This document shows, in pieces, positions 1-9,746 of a stretch of 63,196 nt of DNA (its first letter is position 1; each line of letters starts with the position of its first letter). The notes under the pieces were generated by a model. It saw only the letters and a list, made by a program, of their open reading frames with translations. It searched no databases and was not told where the DNA came from. The position numbers and the translations under genes were made by a program. This stretch comes from a virus (lineage: Duplodnaviria; Caudoviricetes): IMG/VR virus record IMGVR_UViG_3300046171_000106, positions 1 to 63,196 of that record, one strand, 5' to 3'.

Positions 1-188
1 GCATTTCTATCCATCCATCCCACACCAGATTTACGAGTTTTATGTTCTTCAAATCCATCATCACCACCACCAATTTGTCCAAAACTTAATTCAGATTTTT
101 CTAAACCCAACTGTATAATTTCATTACATATATCTGGTGATATTGCACGAGACTGTATGATTAAAGGTTCTGGAAGAAATGAGGGCAT
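1..188 (-). CDS. probable 2OG-Fe(II) oxygenase, N-terminal part (runs off window)
   Basis: Manually translated MPSFLPEPLIIQSRAISPDICNEIIQLG...HKTRKSGVGWMDRN. The S-x-x-x-C-x-x-II and R-x-S-x-x-x-W patterns are typical of PKHD/P4H-like oxygenase N-termini; catalytic motifs lie outside the window. Confidence 0.55.
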   Translation of the reverse strand, partial: MPSFLPEPLIIQSRAISPDICNEIIQLGLEKSELSFGQIGGGDDGFEEHKTRKSGVGWMDRN

Positions 189-194
189 AATGTA

Positions 195-644
195 TTAACC
201 AGCTGGGTTAGTAAATTTTAACCAATCAATTGCATTCTTTATTGATTGATGTCTCCATGTGATAATATTTAGTATCTCTTTCAAAGCATCTACACACTCT
301 GTAAGATATTCGACTTTTAGTTTCATATCAGACAAATCTTTATCTGCATTGAAGTAATAACTATAATCAGACTTTAAAGGTTTGTTGTACCCATCAAATG
401 GGTCGTAAGACCACCCTAAGTCATCTATTTCCTCTTTAGATAACTTATCAGTGTACCACATCCACTTAGTCTTTAAAAGTTGATTATACTTGACCTCATA
501 CGATTTAAGAGATAGTCTCTTTTCGTTTAGGAGTTCTAGATATTTTGCATGTAGAGAGGGTGTCTGTAAAGATGCCTTATCTAAATCGATTTGGTCGATT
601 ACAGAATCTTCCTTCCACATAGATTGTATTTGTTCTAATGTCAT
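195..644 (-). CDS. uvsY: recombination mediator protein UvsY
   Basis: WKEDSVID..DL...SL.TP.LHAKYL N-terminus and R...IKNAIDW.KF C-terminus; downstream of gp3 as in T4-like phages. Confidence 0.9.
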   Translation of the reverse strand: MTLEQIQSMWKEDSVIDQIDLDKASLQTPSLHAKYLELLNEKRLSLKSYEVKYNQLLKTKWMWYTDKLSKEEIDDLGWSYDPFDGYNKPLKSDYSYYFNADKDLSDMKLKVEYLTECVDALKEILNIITWRHQSIKNAIDWLKFTNPAG

Positions 645-650
645 ACTATA

Positions 651-678
651 ATTATACCATTAAACTGGTATTTGTCCA
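651..678 (-). promoter_or_regulatory. sigma70-like early/middle promoter of uvsY
   Basis: TGGACA-16nt-TATAAT just upstream of the uvsY ATG; spacer contains ATACCAGTT, shared with the gp33 promoter. Confidence 0.6.
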
Positions 679-684
679 CTTATT

Positions 685-1266
685 TTATGATGTGGATGCT
701 ATTTCAAAGTTTGTAAATTGGAAAGATGCAGTACAAGTTACATATGATAAACCACCTGCTACAGTAGTATCCATTGTAATTTCACCTAACGATGTAGGAA
801 ATGCACCTTCTATTCTTATATATCTATTGGGATTATTTGCAGCTGTAGTCACTACGATTGTCATATCTGAATACAATGCATCGTAATCACCACTACCATC
901 ATATGGTAAATCTGCTCTTCTATTTGCACCTACAAGACTTCTAAACTTCTCTGGGTCTGTAGAACTAGTAAGTTGAGACATCCATGTGTATAACTCAGTC
1001 CAGTTTTCCATATTTTCATCAACAATAAAAGTAACAGTTATTTCACCTAGATTAAGTTTATCGCCAGGAATTTTTACATTTAAACCCAGATTAGTAGGTT
1101 GTTGTATCTCTGCAACAGCTACAGATGGTACATTAACACCAGTTGAAAAGTATTTTGTATTAGGTAGTTTTTTAACTAATAGTTCAAATTGAGTTGGTGC
1201 AAGATAAGATAAATTATCTGGAAGATTACCAGCCCACGATGCAGTTGTTATTTGTCTATTTGTCAT
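685..1266 (-). CDS. gp3: tail completion / sheath stabilizer gp3
   Basis: NLSYLAPTQF..LPNTKYF..VNVP and F.VDENMENW.E.Y.W motifs; position after gp23. Confidence 0.85.
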   Translation of the reverse strand: MTNRQITTASWAGNLPDNLSYLAPTQFELLVKKLPNTKYFSTGVNVPSVAVAEIQQPTNLGLNVKIPGDKLNLGEITVTFIVDENMENWTELYTWMSQLTSSTDPEKFRSLVGANRRADLPYDGSGDYDALYSDMTIVVTTAANNPNRYIRIEGAFPTSLGEITMDTTVAGGLSYVTCTASFQFTNFEIASTS

Positions 1267-1271
1267 ACTAG

Positions 1272-1279
1272 TATTTATA
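1272..1279 (-). promoter_or_regulatory. T4-type late promoter for gp3
   Basis: TATAAATA on minus strand 5 nt before the ATG. Confidence 0.8.
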
Positions 1280-1284
1280 CAAAT

Positions 1285-1311
1285 AAGAAAGGGAGTTTTG
1301 ACACTCCCCTT
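1285..1311 (-). terminator. rho-independent terminator after the small YRG ORF
   Basis: GGGAGT-loop-ACTCCC stem followed by TTTCTTATTT on minus strand. Confidence 0.65.
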
Positions 1312-1318
1312 CCATTAA

Positions 1319-1483
1319 TTATGCAACATGTCTAGTTCCACGATAGATTCCTTCTTTAGAACCTTTCGAAGATACTGACTTGATTGCATCATGTTTGACA
1401 CCTCTGTAAATTCCAGATTGAGGTTTTGATTTCTCAATATGTAAATTTTCTTTGGTGACTTTGATACCTCTATAAGTAGTCAT
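1319..1483 (-). CDS. 54-aa small protein with three YRG motifs (DUF4278-like); not in ORF track
   Basis: MTTYRGIKVTKENLHIEKSKPQSGIYRGVKHDAIKSVSSKGSKEGIYRGTRHVA; GGAGG SD, own late promoter at 1501-1508 and own terminator. Confidence 0.75.
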   Translation of the reverse strand: MTTYRGIKVTKENLHIEKSKPQSGIYRGVKHDAIKSVSSKGSKEGIYRGTRHVA

Positions 1484-1500
1484 CACTGCCTCCAGTTTTC

Positions 1501-1508
1501 TATTTATA
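1501..1508 (-). promoter_or_regulatory. late promoter for the YRG ORF
   Basis: TATAAATA on minus strand. Confidence 0.75.
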
Positions 1509-1513
1509 ACAAT

Positions 1514-1542
1514 AAAAAAAGGGACTCCGAAGAGTCCCTTTT
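1514..1542 (-). terminator. rho-independent terminator of gp23
   Basis: GGGACTC-TTCG-GAGTCCC (cUUCGg tetraloop) followed by T7. Confidence 0.9.
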
Positions 1543-1564
1543 AGAAAAGTCTACGACTTTAGGT

Positions 1565-2880
1565 TTATAGAATATTTTCTACTTCAACCTTTCTGTAGTA
1601 GAAGTTTGAACCAGCTGAAGCTAGACCATCACTAGGAGCGCTTCCACGAATGGGTTAGATATCATTCCATATCTTGTTTTAAAACCAATCTTAGGTTGGA
1701 AAGAGTTTTCACCAATTGCACGAACCATTTGTAATGGAACATATGGGCAATAGAAAACACCAGCGTCATATGGGTTTGAACCTCTATAACCGACTGTCAT
1801 GTAACCTTCGTTGTTGTGACCACTTACTGGGTCAAGAGTGTAATATGGGTCAATGTACACTTTGTACTTACCATTTAGAACACCAACAAAAGTGTTACCA
1901 GCATCGTCAACTGTTAATTCAGTGTTAAGTGCTGGAGCATAGTCAAGCATTCCTGCCATTGACAATGCAGAAGCTACATCAGAAGAACAAAGGATAAAGT
2001 TACCTTTTCCTCTTCTTGACTCTCTTGCGATTACATTAGCATCTCTCTCAATTTGGAAAAGCATGCCTTTGAACTTCTCAACTGACCATCTACCAGATGA
2101 ATCAACATCTAGGTCGAATCTACCTGCGTTAGCAACACCAGTTTGAGCACCAGCTTTTGCTTGCAAGTTAACAGTTCTTACAACTTCTCTGTTGATTTCA
2201 GCTAAGATTTCAGCAGATAAGATATTTGCAAGTTCTGTTTCAGCGTCAAGACCATGAATTGCTTTAAGGTCTTGTGCAAGTTCGATTGTGTATTCAGCTT
2301 TAAGAGCTCTAGACTTAGCAGTAACAGTTGCTTTCTCAATTGTGAAAGCCATAGATGCAAATGCGTTTGACGCACTGTCACCTTTTGCTTCTGCCGCACC
2401 AGTAGTCATACCAGTACCAGTTGCATAAGCAGCTGCATCACCGAATGGGTCTGTACCTGCTTGGGCTCCTGCTCCAGAGAAATCTGAATCAGCTTCGTTA
2501 AATAATGCTTCTGACATTGCAAGTCTTGAAGTATTATCGTTATATCTAGCCTTCATACAGAATACTAATCCTGTAGGGCCAGTCATTGGTTGCACACCAC
2601 AGATGTCGTATGCGATTAGGTTTGGAAGAGACCTACGAACTAAAGAAATTAGAATAGGATTCCAGTTGTCTACACCTGTTCCACCAACAGCGCCACCAGC
2701 GTTGTTGATTGGTGCATCCTCAGTTAATCCTTGGATTCCATTTTCTTCGTTAAAGGCTCTTTCTTGGTTCTCAAGAACCACAGAAGTTACAGCTTTTTTG
2801 TATGGGTCAGTGATTTCTGGTAAATCTGGATGACTCAATACTGGCTGCCACTTCTCTTGTAAAGTTTCTGACATAAACAT
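1565..2880 (-). CDS. gp23: major capsid protein gp23 (1-nt frameshift near 1646; true C-terminus ...SNFYYRKVEVENIL)
   Basis: GVQPMTGPTGLVF, KSRALKAEYTIELAQDLKAIHGLDAE, YCPYVPL, QPKIGFKTRYG motifs; the conserved YYR tail is in a shifted frame. Confidence 0.98.
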
Positions 2881-2928
2881 TTTATGTATCCCCTTAATTT
2901 TTAAAAAGTGTTAATATTTAAAATTGAC

Positions 2929-4265
2929 CTATCTATATTTGTTAGGGTCAACTTTTCCTAATGCGGCAGAATATGCAGCCATACTTGGGTCAAGGTTTAC
3001 CTTGGTCGAAGTATTTTCATCGCTATCACTAACCACTTCCTCATCTAACTGTAAAGTCTCTTTAGAGTCATTAAAGTAAGATTCCTTAATTGTTTTAACA
3101 TTAGACTCAAAATTTTCATCTTGGTCGATGTCTTCAATTAACTTTGTAAGTTTCTCGACTTCACTTTCAGTGAGGTCTTTAGAAACCTGTCCAACCACTT
3201 GTGTTCTAACAAGTTCATCTCTTTCTTGAGATAAATCGATGTTTTTAGAAACTTCTTCATTTAGTTTAGCTTCTACTTCTTCGATTTTACTTGCAAGTTC
3301 GTCAACAACATCTAATTTGTCGTCTGGAACTTCAACATAATGGTCTTCAAATAATGATTTAAGTCCTTGTATAAAGTTTTCTGTTAACTCAGACTTAAGT
3401 CCTCTTTCGATTGCAAGTTCGTTATCTTTTACCCACTCTTCTGCAACATAACCTAAGAATGAATCAACTTTATTAACTAATTCTTCTTTGATTTCGTTAG
3501 ATACTTCAACAACTTCGTCTCTCTTTTGAGATTCTAGGTCTTCTTTGATTTCACTAACTTTTGCAGATACAGCTGCTTGGAAAACTGTTCTTGCTTTTGA
3601 TTTGAATTCTTCTGAAAGGTCTTCACCACCAACTAGAGCATCGATGTCGTCTGACATATCGTAAGATTCTGATTTTTCATCTTCGTCTTCGTCTTCGTCT
3701 TCGTCATCTTTTTTGGATGCCATCTTCATAGATGCTTCATCCATCTCTTCTTCGTCTTCATCTTCTTCATCATCTTTTTTAGATGTTTCTAAGATTGCAG
3801 CTAAAGATTCTTTCACAACTTCTTCGTCCTCTGATTTGAAATGTTCAGCAATTTTCTTTAGAAGGTCAGCCTTTGTTGACTCAGATTTTTCATCTTCATC
3901 TTCATCGTCTTCATCTTCGTCATCTTTCTTCATCATTTCATTGACTAAGGACTGGATGTCTTCCTTTTCAAAACCTTTGAGTTCCTCGATAATTTTCCTA
4001 AGAGCTTCCATCTTAGTTAAATCTTCAACTACGACTTCCTCTTCACTATCTGTATCTTCTTTATAAGAAGCTGATAATTTCTGAGGTGCATCTTTCTTAT
4101 CTTGGTCACCTTTTCTTTTTTACTAGGTTTAGTAGCATCACCTGCTTTATCAACAGATGCAAGAGAAGACTTCTCTGGGTCTTTTTCTGGAGTAACAACA
4201 CCCTTATTAGCAACAGGAGCTGACGCTTCCATTACTTCGTCTTGATTTTTAATTTCATCTGACAT
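2929..4265 (-). CDS. gp22: prohead core scaffold gp22 (split by frameshift near 4118)
   Basis: LSEEFKSKA.TVF.AAV, VD.FL.YV.EEW...N.LAIE.G motifs; the 4029-4265 ORF joins through an A-run. Confidence 0.9.
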
Positions 4266-4331
4266 GTGTTTATCCCCTATGTAAATTTCTATAATTACAA
4301 ATTAAGAACGAATTATTTGTTCTTTACTATG

Positions 4332-4339
4332 TATTTATA
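4332..4339 (-). promoter_or_regulatory. late promoter for gp22-gp23
   Basis: TATAAATA on minus strand. Confidence 0.8.
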
Positions 4340-4343
4340 ACTT

Positions 4344-4994
4344 TTATAGTTTAGAGAAGAAACTTTTCATAATTTCTAATTTCTTCTCATCCAATTGGCG
4401 CTGTTTGGTTTGTCGAATCTGGTCTTTCCATGATTCAATCTCTACGGCTTTAATTACACCGCTTTCATTTATCCACTCAACACCTTCCATAATACCATCT
4501 ACAAAAGCATCTGGTGCAGAAGGGTCTGCCACGATATCAGCTGCAGTTGCAAGCATGAAATCTTTCTGGACATATTGTGCATCGTTTTTCTGGGCTACTG
4601 ACCCCATACCCCTACTGGACACGCCTAGTTTAGCACCATCATTCAACAGTCCTTTAACTATATTACCCATTGGAGTATTCATTATTTTTGCCTTACCGAC
4701 AAAATTGTTACCATCTTTCTCTAAAGAAGTAATCAAATGACTAACTCTTTCTAAATTGATGGTAGGGCCTTCTGGATGACCCAGTTCCCCATATGCACGA
4801 TTCTTCTTAATGAATTCTTTATTGTATCGATTTACCTCATTTTCCATGATATCCATTGGGTAAACACGACCATTTCTGTTTTTTAAATTTGTTTGAAGAA
4901 AAACACCTTCAATGAAAGTATCCTTACCACCATTTTTATTAACCTCAGTAATAAGATTTACTTCTTCTGATTGTTGTTCTGAAATTAAAAACAT
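4344..4994 (-). CDS. gp21: prohead protease gp21
   Basis: NRNGRVYP, GELGHP, GVSSRGMGS, DIVADPSAPDAFV. Confidence 0.97.
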   Translation of the reverse strand: MFLISEQQSEEVNLITEVNKNGGKDTFIEGVFLQTNLKNRNGRVYPMDIMENEVNRYNKEFIKKNRAYGELGHPEGPTINLERVSHLITSLEKDGNNFVGKAKIMNTPMGNIVKGLLNDGAKLGVSSRGMGSVAQKNDAQYVQKDFMLATAADIVADPSAPDAFVDGIMEGVEWINESGVIKAVEIESWKDQIRQTKQRQLDEKKLEIMKSFFSKL

Positions 4995-5002
4995 GTCTTC
5001 TC

Positions 5003-5374
5003 CTATTTTATAGTTGCAATCTTTTCTGCAACATCGTTGTAGGTTTGATTACCTTTCAAACCATTCGAGAACCCAAGAGTATCTTCTATCTTCGGTTCAT
5101 CTAAAACTTCTTCTATAAAATCACTAAGGTCTTCTCCTAATAATTTTATTAACTCTTTTGCATTCTTCCTTGCTAACTTTTCATTATTGTAAACTGCAAG
5201 TTCTTGCCCATCTACATAAACTTTATATTTATTAGATTTTTTTGCAATAACGATAGGTACTTTCTTTCCTTTTGCACCTTTTTCCATGTAGGAATCTACC
5301 TCTTGTTCACCACGAGGTAATTTGAATTTTTTCACTTCATCTAATGATTGAACTAATTCTTTAAATTTCTTCAT
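5003..5374 (-). CDS. small head-module protein (possible prohead core, gp68 position)
   Basis: Synteny between gp20 and gp21 only. Confidence 0.45.
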   Translation of the reverse strand: MKKFKELVQSLDEVKKFKLPRGEQEVDSYMEKGAKGKKVPIVIAKKSNKYKVYVDGQELAVYNNEKLARKNAKELIKLLGEDLSDFIEEVLDEPKIEDTLGFSNGLKGNQTYNDVAEKIATIK

Positions 5375-5543
5375 TTGCTGGTTGTTCCTGTTTGTTTAAC
5401 CAATCCAGTTGAACATCCAATCTTTTAGTATCGATTGCTTCTTTTTGTTTATCAACCATAGCTGCACTAAAAGCGTTAGATGCACTAACATTATCACCTG
5501 CTTCAATTGAATCTATTACTTTTTTAACATCTTCTCTTGCCAT
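5361..5543 (-). CDS. small prohead core protein (gp67-like)
   Basis: 60 aa helical protein directly after the portal gene. Confidence 0.55.
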   Translation of the reverse strand: MAREDVKKVIDSIEAGDNVSASNAFSAAMVDKQKEAIDTKRLDVQLDWLNKQEQPANEEI

Positions 5544-5556
5544 AATATTTTACCTC

Positions 5557-7083
5557 TTACATGTCAAAGGAGTCCTCTCCTTCCCCATCTTCGTTATTTT
5601 TTTCGTCTTCGATTTGTCCATCAATCATTTCTATTTCTTCTTCGGATTGTCTAAGAACATTCTTTCTAATCCATTGTTGAGAATAGTATTTACCAACAAA
5701 CTCATCCAACTCCCTTAATGAAGTTACCCTTTCTCTTAAGATTTCGGCATCCTTCATTTCTACAAAATGAGAATCTTTTTGATAATCGAACCTAATGTTC
5801 TCTTTCTCAAGTTCCCATTCTTCAATTGGCATAATTCCTTTCAGTGCCAACTGAGTTCGTAATATATCCATAAACATACTACTAAACTTCATTCTGAGTC
5901 TATCTACAAATCGTGAGAACTTAACCTCATCTCTTGATATCTCAGTTGTCCTACCTAAAGAGAAACCACTTTCAGTTTCTAACCTAGAGATAGGTACATT
6001 TAAACTTCGGAACAGTTTTCTTTGGAAGTATATAATATCTTCTATTTCACCTAGGTTCTGACCGCCAGGCAAGGTGGTAATCTCTGTTCCTCTTCCACCT
6101 TCTCTTCTTGGTAACCAGAAATCTTCCAACATACTCATATGTTTTCTATCATCTCTGACTTCACCTGTATCTGCATTGTAGACTAGTTTATTCTTATATC
6201 TAGTCATAGTATCTGCAAGATACTGTTCTGCTTTTGCCTTCGGAAGATTACCTACATCAATGTAGAATATTCTTCTTTCTGGAGCTCTTGATATTCTGTA
6301 AATAACAAGTGCATCTTCCATCATTCTTAATTGGTTAGCTGCTTTCAATCCTTTGTGCATATAACCGATGATGTTTCGTCTGTTTGCATCCATCATTCCA
6401 GAGGTAGTGTAAACAACTGCATCTGGTGATATCATAAGGGTCTGACCACCCTGTCCACCATAGGACTGGTTTTTCTCAAAACCACTTTGATTATAAGTGT
6501 AGAACTCTTTTACTTTGTCTACAATTTCTACACCATTCTTATCTTTTTTCTTACTAACTTCTCTGACCTTTTTCATTTGAAGAGGGTCAATCATTCTTAA
6601 CCCAACGATACCTTTTTTAGGACTCTTTGGGTCGACTAGTAAGTGGAAGTACATTCTTCCATCTACATACCACTTTCTGAATATTTCAGAAGAGGTCTGG
6701 TTGAATCTCAAAAGTCGTAAGACCTCTGAGAATTCATCCCTAACCTTGGATTTAATTGAATCTGAAAGTTTAGTTGCATCTAGATTGATACCAACCTGTG
6801 CATCTAAATCATTAGAAGAAATTGCTTCTTGAACGATATCGTCAATTGCCATATCAACCTCTGGTATCAATGACATTGTTCGGTATCTTAGAATCAAGTC
6901 TTGTTCAGACTTAATTCCACCTTCCATGTCTACGAATGTCCCTTGGGCCATTCCGCCACCTATTGCATAACCACCTTGCCCAACTTCTAAAACTTGAGCT
7001 CCATCGTCATTAATAGGAGCAACAAAGGATGGTGCTAGTTCCTCTGCGTCTTTCCTCTTTATTTCAAATCCAAATATTTCCAT
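5557..7083 (-). CDS. gp20: portal vertex protein gp20
   Basis: NQLRMMEDALVIYRISRAPERRIFYIDVGNLP, EDFWLPRREGGRGTEI; late promoter at 7090-7097. Confidence 0.98.
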   Translation of the reverse strand: MEIFGFEIKRKDAEELAPSFVAPINDDGAQVLEVGQGGYAIGGGMAQGTFVDMEGGIKSEQDLILRYRTMSLIPEVDMAIDDIVQEAISSNDLDAQVGINLDATKLSDSIKSKVRDEFSEVLRLLRFNQTSSEIFRKWYVDGRMYFHLLVDPKSPKKGIVGLRMIDPLQMKKVREVSKKKDKNGVEIVDKVKEFYTYNQSGFEKNQSYGGQGGQTLMISPDAVVYTTSGMMDANRRNIIGYMHKGLKAANQLRMMEDALVIYRISRAPERRIFYIDVGNLPKAKAEQYLADTMTRYKNKLVYNADTGEVRDDRKHMSMLEDFWLPRREGGRGTEITTLPGGQNLGEIEDIIYFQRKLFRSLNVPISRLETESGFSLGRTTEISRDEVKFSRFVDRLRMKFSSMFMDILRTQLALKGIMPIEEWELEKENIRFDYQKDSHFVEMKDAEILRERVTSLRELDEFVGKYYSQQWIRKNVLRQSEEEIEMIDGQIEDEKNNEDGEGEDSFDM

Positions 7084-7118
7084 AATATATATTTATAACA
7101 CTAAAGAAGGAACTCTAA

Positions 7119-7616
7119 TTAAAGAGTTCTTTCCCAGTGTGAATAACTGAATGTTACATCAAAAGTCTGTATTTCATCAGAAGTATCGTATGATAAATCA
7201 ATTTGTGCAAGTGTTTGAGGGTACATATTGTACAACTCATATGTTGCAATGATACTATCGTCTCGATTCAACTGTGATATAGTAGCTCTTGAAGCTAGAT
7301 ATTCTAGGTCTGTTGCACCAACACCACTATCTAACTCTTGTATGCTTTCCATCCATTGTTCACATGCTGTTCTAGCAGTGAAGTTTACATCGTTAATTAC
7401 TGTAACTGTCCAATCTTCGAAAGTTCTATCCCCAGCTATTTTGAGTTTATGTCCTCTAAATGGGACTTCAACTACTGGAAGGGTAGAGCCAGGAATTGCG
7501 GCAGTCTTGCACATAAATTCTATGTTCTCACCCATTTGAGGAATGTAGACCTTGAACCTGTTGGAACGAACTCCACCAGCAATCAACTGTGACTTAAATT
7601 CATCTATAGTTGCCAT
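7119..7616 (-). CDS. gp19: tail tube protein gp19
   Basis: GG.R.N.F, VPFRG..LKIAGDRTFEDWT.T..ND. Confidence 0.95.
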   Translation of the reverse strand: MATIDEFKSQLIAGGVRSNRFKVYIPQMGENIEFMCKTAAIPGSTLPVVEVPFRGHKLKIAGDRTFEDWTVTVINDVNFTARTACEQWMESIQELDSGVGATDLEYLASRATISQLNRDDSIIATYELYNMYPQTLAQIDLSYDTSDEIQTFDVTFSYSHWERTL

Positions 7617-7626
7617 GTCTTACTCC

Positions 7627-9657
7627 TTAGTTTCCATATTGGGTATTAGTTGCACCATACACTTCTTCGAATTCTACACCAGACCTAGCTGCAACAAAGT
7701 TTAGTGTGATGAAGTTGATACTTCTATTAGGTTTAACGAATATAGACGCTTGGAATTGATTTGCATCCACAATTGCTTGTGAGTTATTTGTGTCATCACA
7801 AACAACTTGGAAATCTACTATTCCTCGTCTTCCTTTTACTTGTCTCAAGAAAGGTTCAATCGTTGCTCTAAATTGAGCTCTTGTAAATGCATCGTTAAAT
7901 TCGAATAATTGGAATTTAGCTGCAGTTGCGATTGCTTTCTCCATGACAATGAATAATCTTCTAACATTAATTCTATCAAATGCACTTGCACTTGAAAGTA
8001 AAGTTTTATCTCCAAATAAACAAGTCCCTTGGCCAGGGAATGTTACTAATGGATTTACTCTCTTCTTATATAGTGCATCTCTTTCTGCTTGGTTAGGATT
8101 AAAGGATAATTTAGTAATACCTAAAATTTGTCCTCTACTAAATCCTGCTGGTGAGAACCATGCATCCCTATCGGAATCAGTTCTTGCCATTACACCTGCT
8201 GTATGTGAACATGCTGGTATATAACAGAAGTTATCTGTATACTTATCGTACTGATAACACCATGCACTATCCATTACTGCATATGAACTTGAAGTTAATG
8301 TTTCTGCAAATGCAATAACACTTGTTGACTCACTTCCACTGTTGTTTACACAATCAGCTTTACGAGGTGAAATGATTGCCATGCAATCTTTTCGTGCTTC
8401 ACATAATGCGATTAAATTATTTGCTTGAGTTGTTGCTTCTGCAAGTGTAGATACTACACTACCAGATGCATACCCATCTAGTGGGCCTGCAATTATAAAG
8501 TCAACATCTTGAGTTTCAGCATCACCAAAAAATGTGGTGTTTGCTGTGTTTTTTGCTCCAGAAGATAAAGGATATCCATCTACTCCATGTGACAAAGACC
8601 CACCTAAAGGTAAGGTATGTTGGTCAAAAGCTGCTCCAGCTCCTGCGAATGTTTTTCCTGCTTCATCTGTAGCTGAATCGTGGTTTGTCCAGAAAATGTA
8701 GTTAGAGTTGTATCTTATTTTATCAACATAGTAGTTAGAGTTGCCCTCTGAATCTTTAGCATCTGATGCTTGTGACAGTCCTTCAAATACTTCTAAGATT
8801 TCGCCAGGTATACCTGTAATCTTACCATCTTCATCGATAACAATAACATGCACTTCATCTAATGATGAACTATTTGCAAGTGCATCTGGACTAGAGCCAG
8901 GAGCTTTAGTAAAGTTACTTGCAAATTCCCACCCTCTAGCAATGTTTGAACCATTGGTTGGTACAACTTGTAGACCTTGTGAACTATCTGTGTTCAAGTG
9001 GAATGTTATATCATTTGATGATATTGCTGATATTTTGTATACATCTGCTGAGTTCGCAAACTGTATTAAGTCACCAACCACAAATTTAGTACCATCTGCG
9101 ACAGTAATTTGTGTATGACCTACTGAAATACTACTATCGGAAACAGTAGTAACAGAAGCTTGTGAAAATGCATTAGCACTTGTACACATAGATATTTTTA
9201 AACTATTACCAAGAGAACCAACACATCTTGCTGAAAATAATCCAGCACTACCAGCTGCACTACCAGAATGGTAGTTTGACTCATAGTAATGTGTAGGGTT
9301 TTTAATTAGTATTCCAGCTGAACCTGTTGTTGCATTAAGCATTTGCCCAGTTTGACCTGCGGCAATACCATTATGCCCACGAACTATTTTTAAATTATTT
9401 CCATATTTTAAAAAGTTTGCAGCTGAATAAAAGTGTTCTTTCTTCCCAAGTACAGTATTGTAACCATCGCTACCTGCGTCTTTAGGTTCTCCAAACACTC
9501 CTACCAATTCCTTCTCGGATGATATAGTTCTAACTTCATCAACTGGGCCCCAACTAAATTCACCAGCGAATGCACCAATACTTGATGAAATAGCTGGAAC
9601 TACATTTGTAACATCGATTTCTCTGACTTGTACGCCAGGTGATACTTGAAATGCCAT
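7627..9657 (-). CDS. gp18: tail sheath protein gp18
   Basis: SPGVQVREID, WFSPAG..RG, FDRINVRRLF, FEFND.FTR. Confidence 0.97.
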   Translation of the reverse strand: MAFQVSPGVQVREIDVTNVVPAISSSIGAFAGEFSWGPVDEVRTISSEKELVGVFGEPKDAGSDGYNTVLGKKEHFYSAANFLKYGNNLKIVRGHNGIAAGQTGQMLNATTGSAGILIKNPTHYYESNYHSGSAAGSAGLFSARCVGSLGNSLKISMCTSANAFSQASVTTVSDSSISVGHTQITVADGTKFVVGDLIQFANSADVYKISAISSNDITFHLNTDSSQGLQVVPTNGSNIARGWEFASNFTKAPGSSPDALANSSSLDEVHVIVIDEDGKITGIPGEILEVFEGLSQASDAKDSEGNSNYYVDKIRYNSNYIFWTNHDSATDEAGKTFAGAGAAFDQHTLPLGGSLSHGVDGYPLSSGAKNTANTTFFGDAETQDVDFIIAGPLDGYASGSVVSTLAEATTQANNLIALCEARKDCMAIISPRKADCVNNSGSESTSVIAFAETLTSSSYAVMDSAWCYQYDKYTDNFCYIPACSHTAGVMARTDSDRDAWFSPAGFSRGQILGITKLSFNPNQAERDALYKKRVNPLVTFPGQGTCLFGDKTLLSSASAFDRINVRRLFIVMEKAIATAAKFQLFEFNDAFTRAQFRATIEPFLRQVKGRRGIVDFQVVCDDTNNSQAIVDANQFQASIFVKPNRSINFITLNFVAARSGVEFEEVYGATNTQYGN

Positions 9658-9746
9658 TTTAGTTTTCTCCCATAAAAAGTTTATTTCTATTCTGACAGAA
9701 CCACATTAATTGTTGTTCGTCCATAGTATTTAGTATTTCTTTGATT

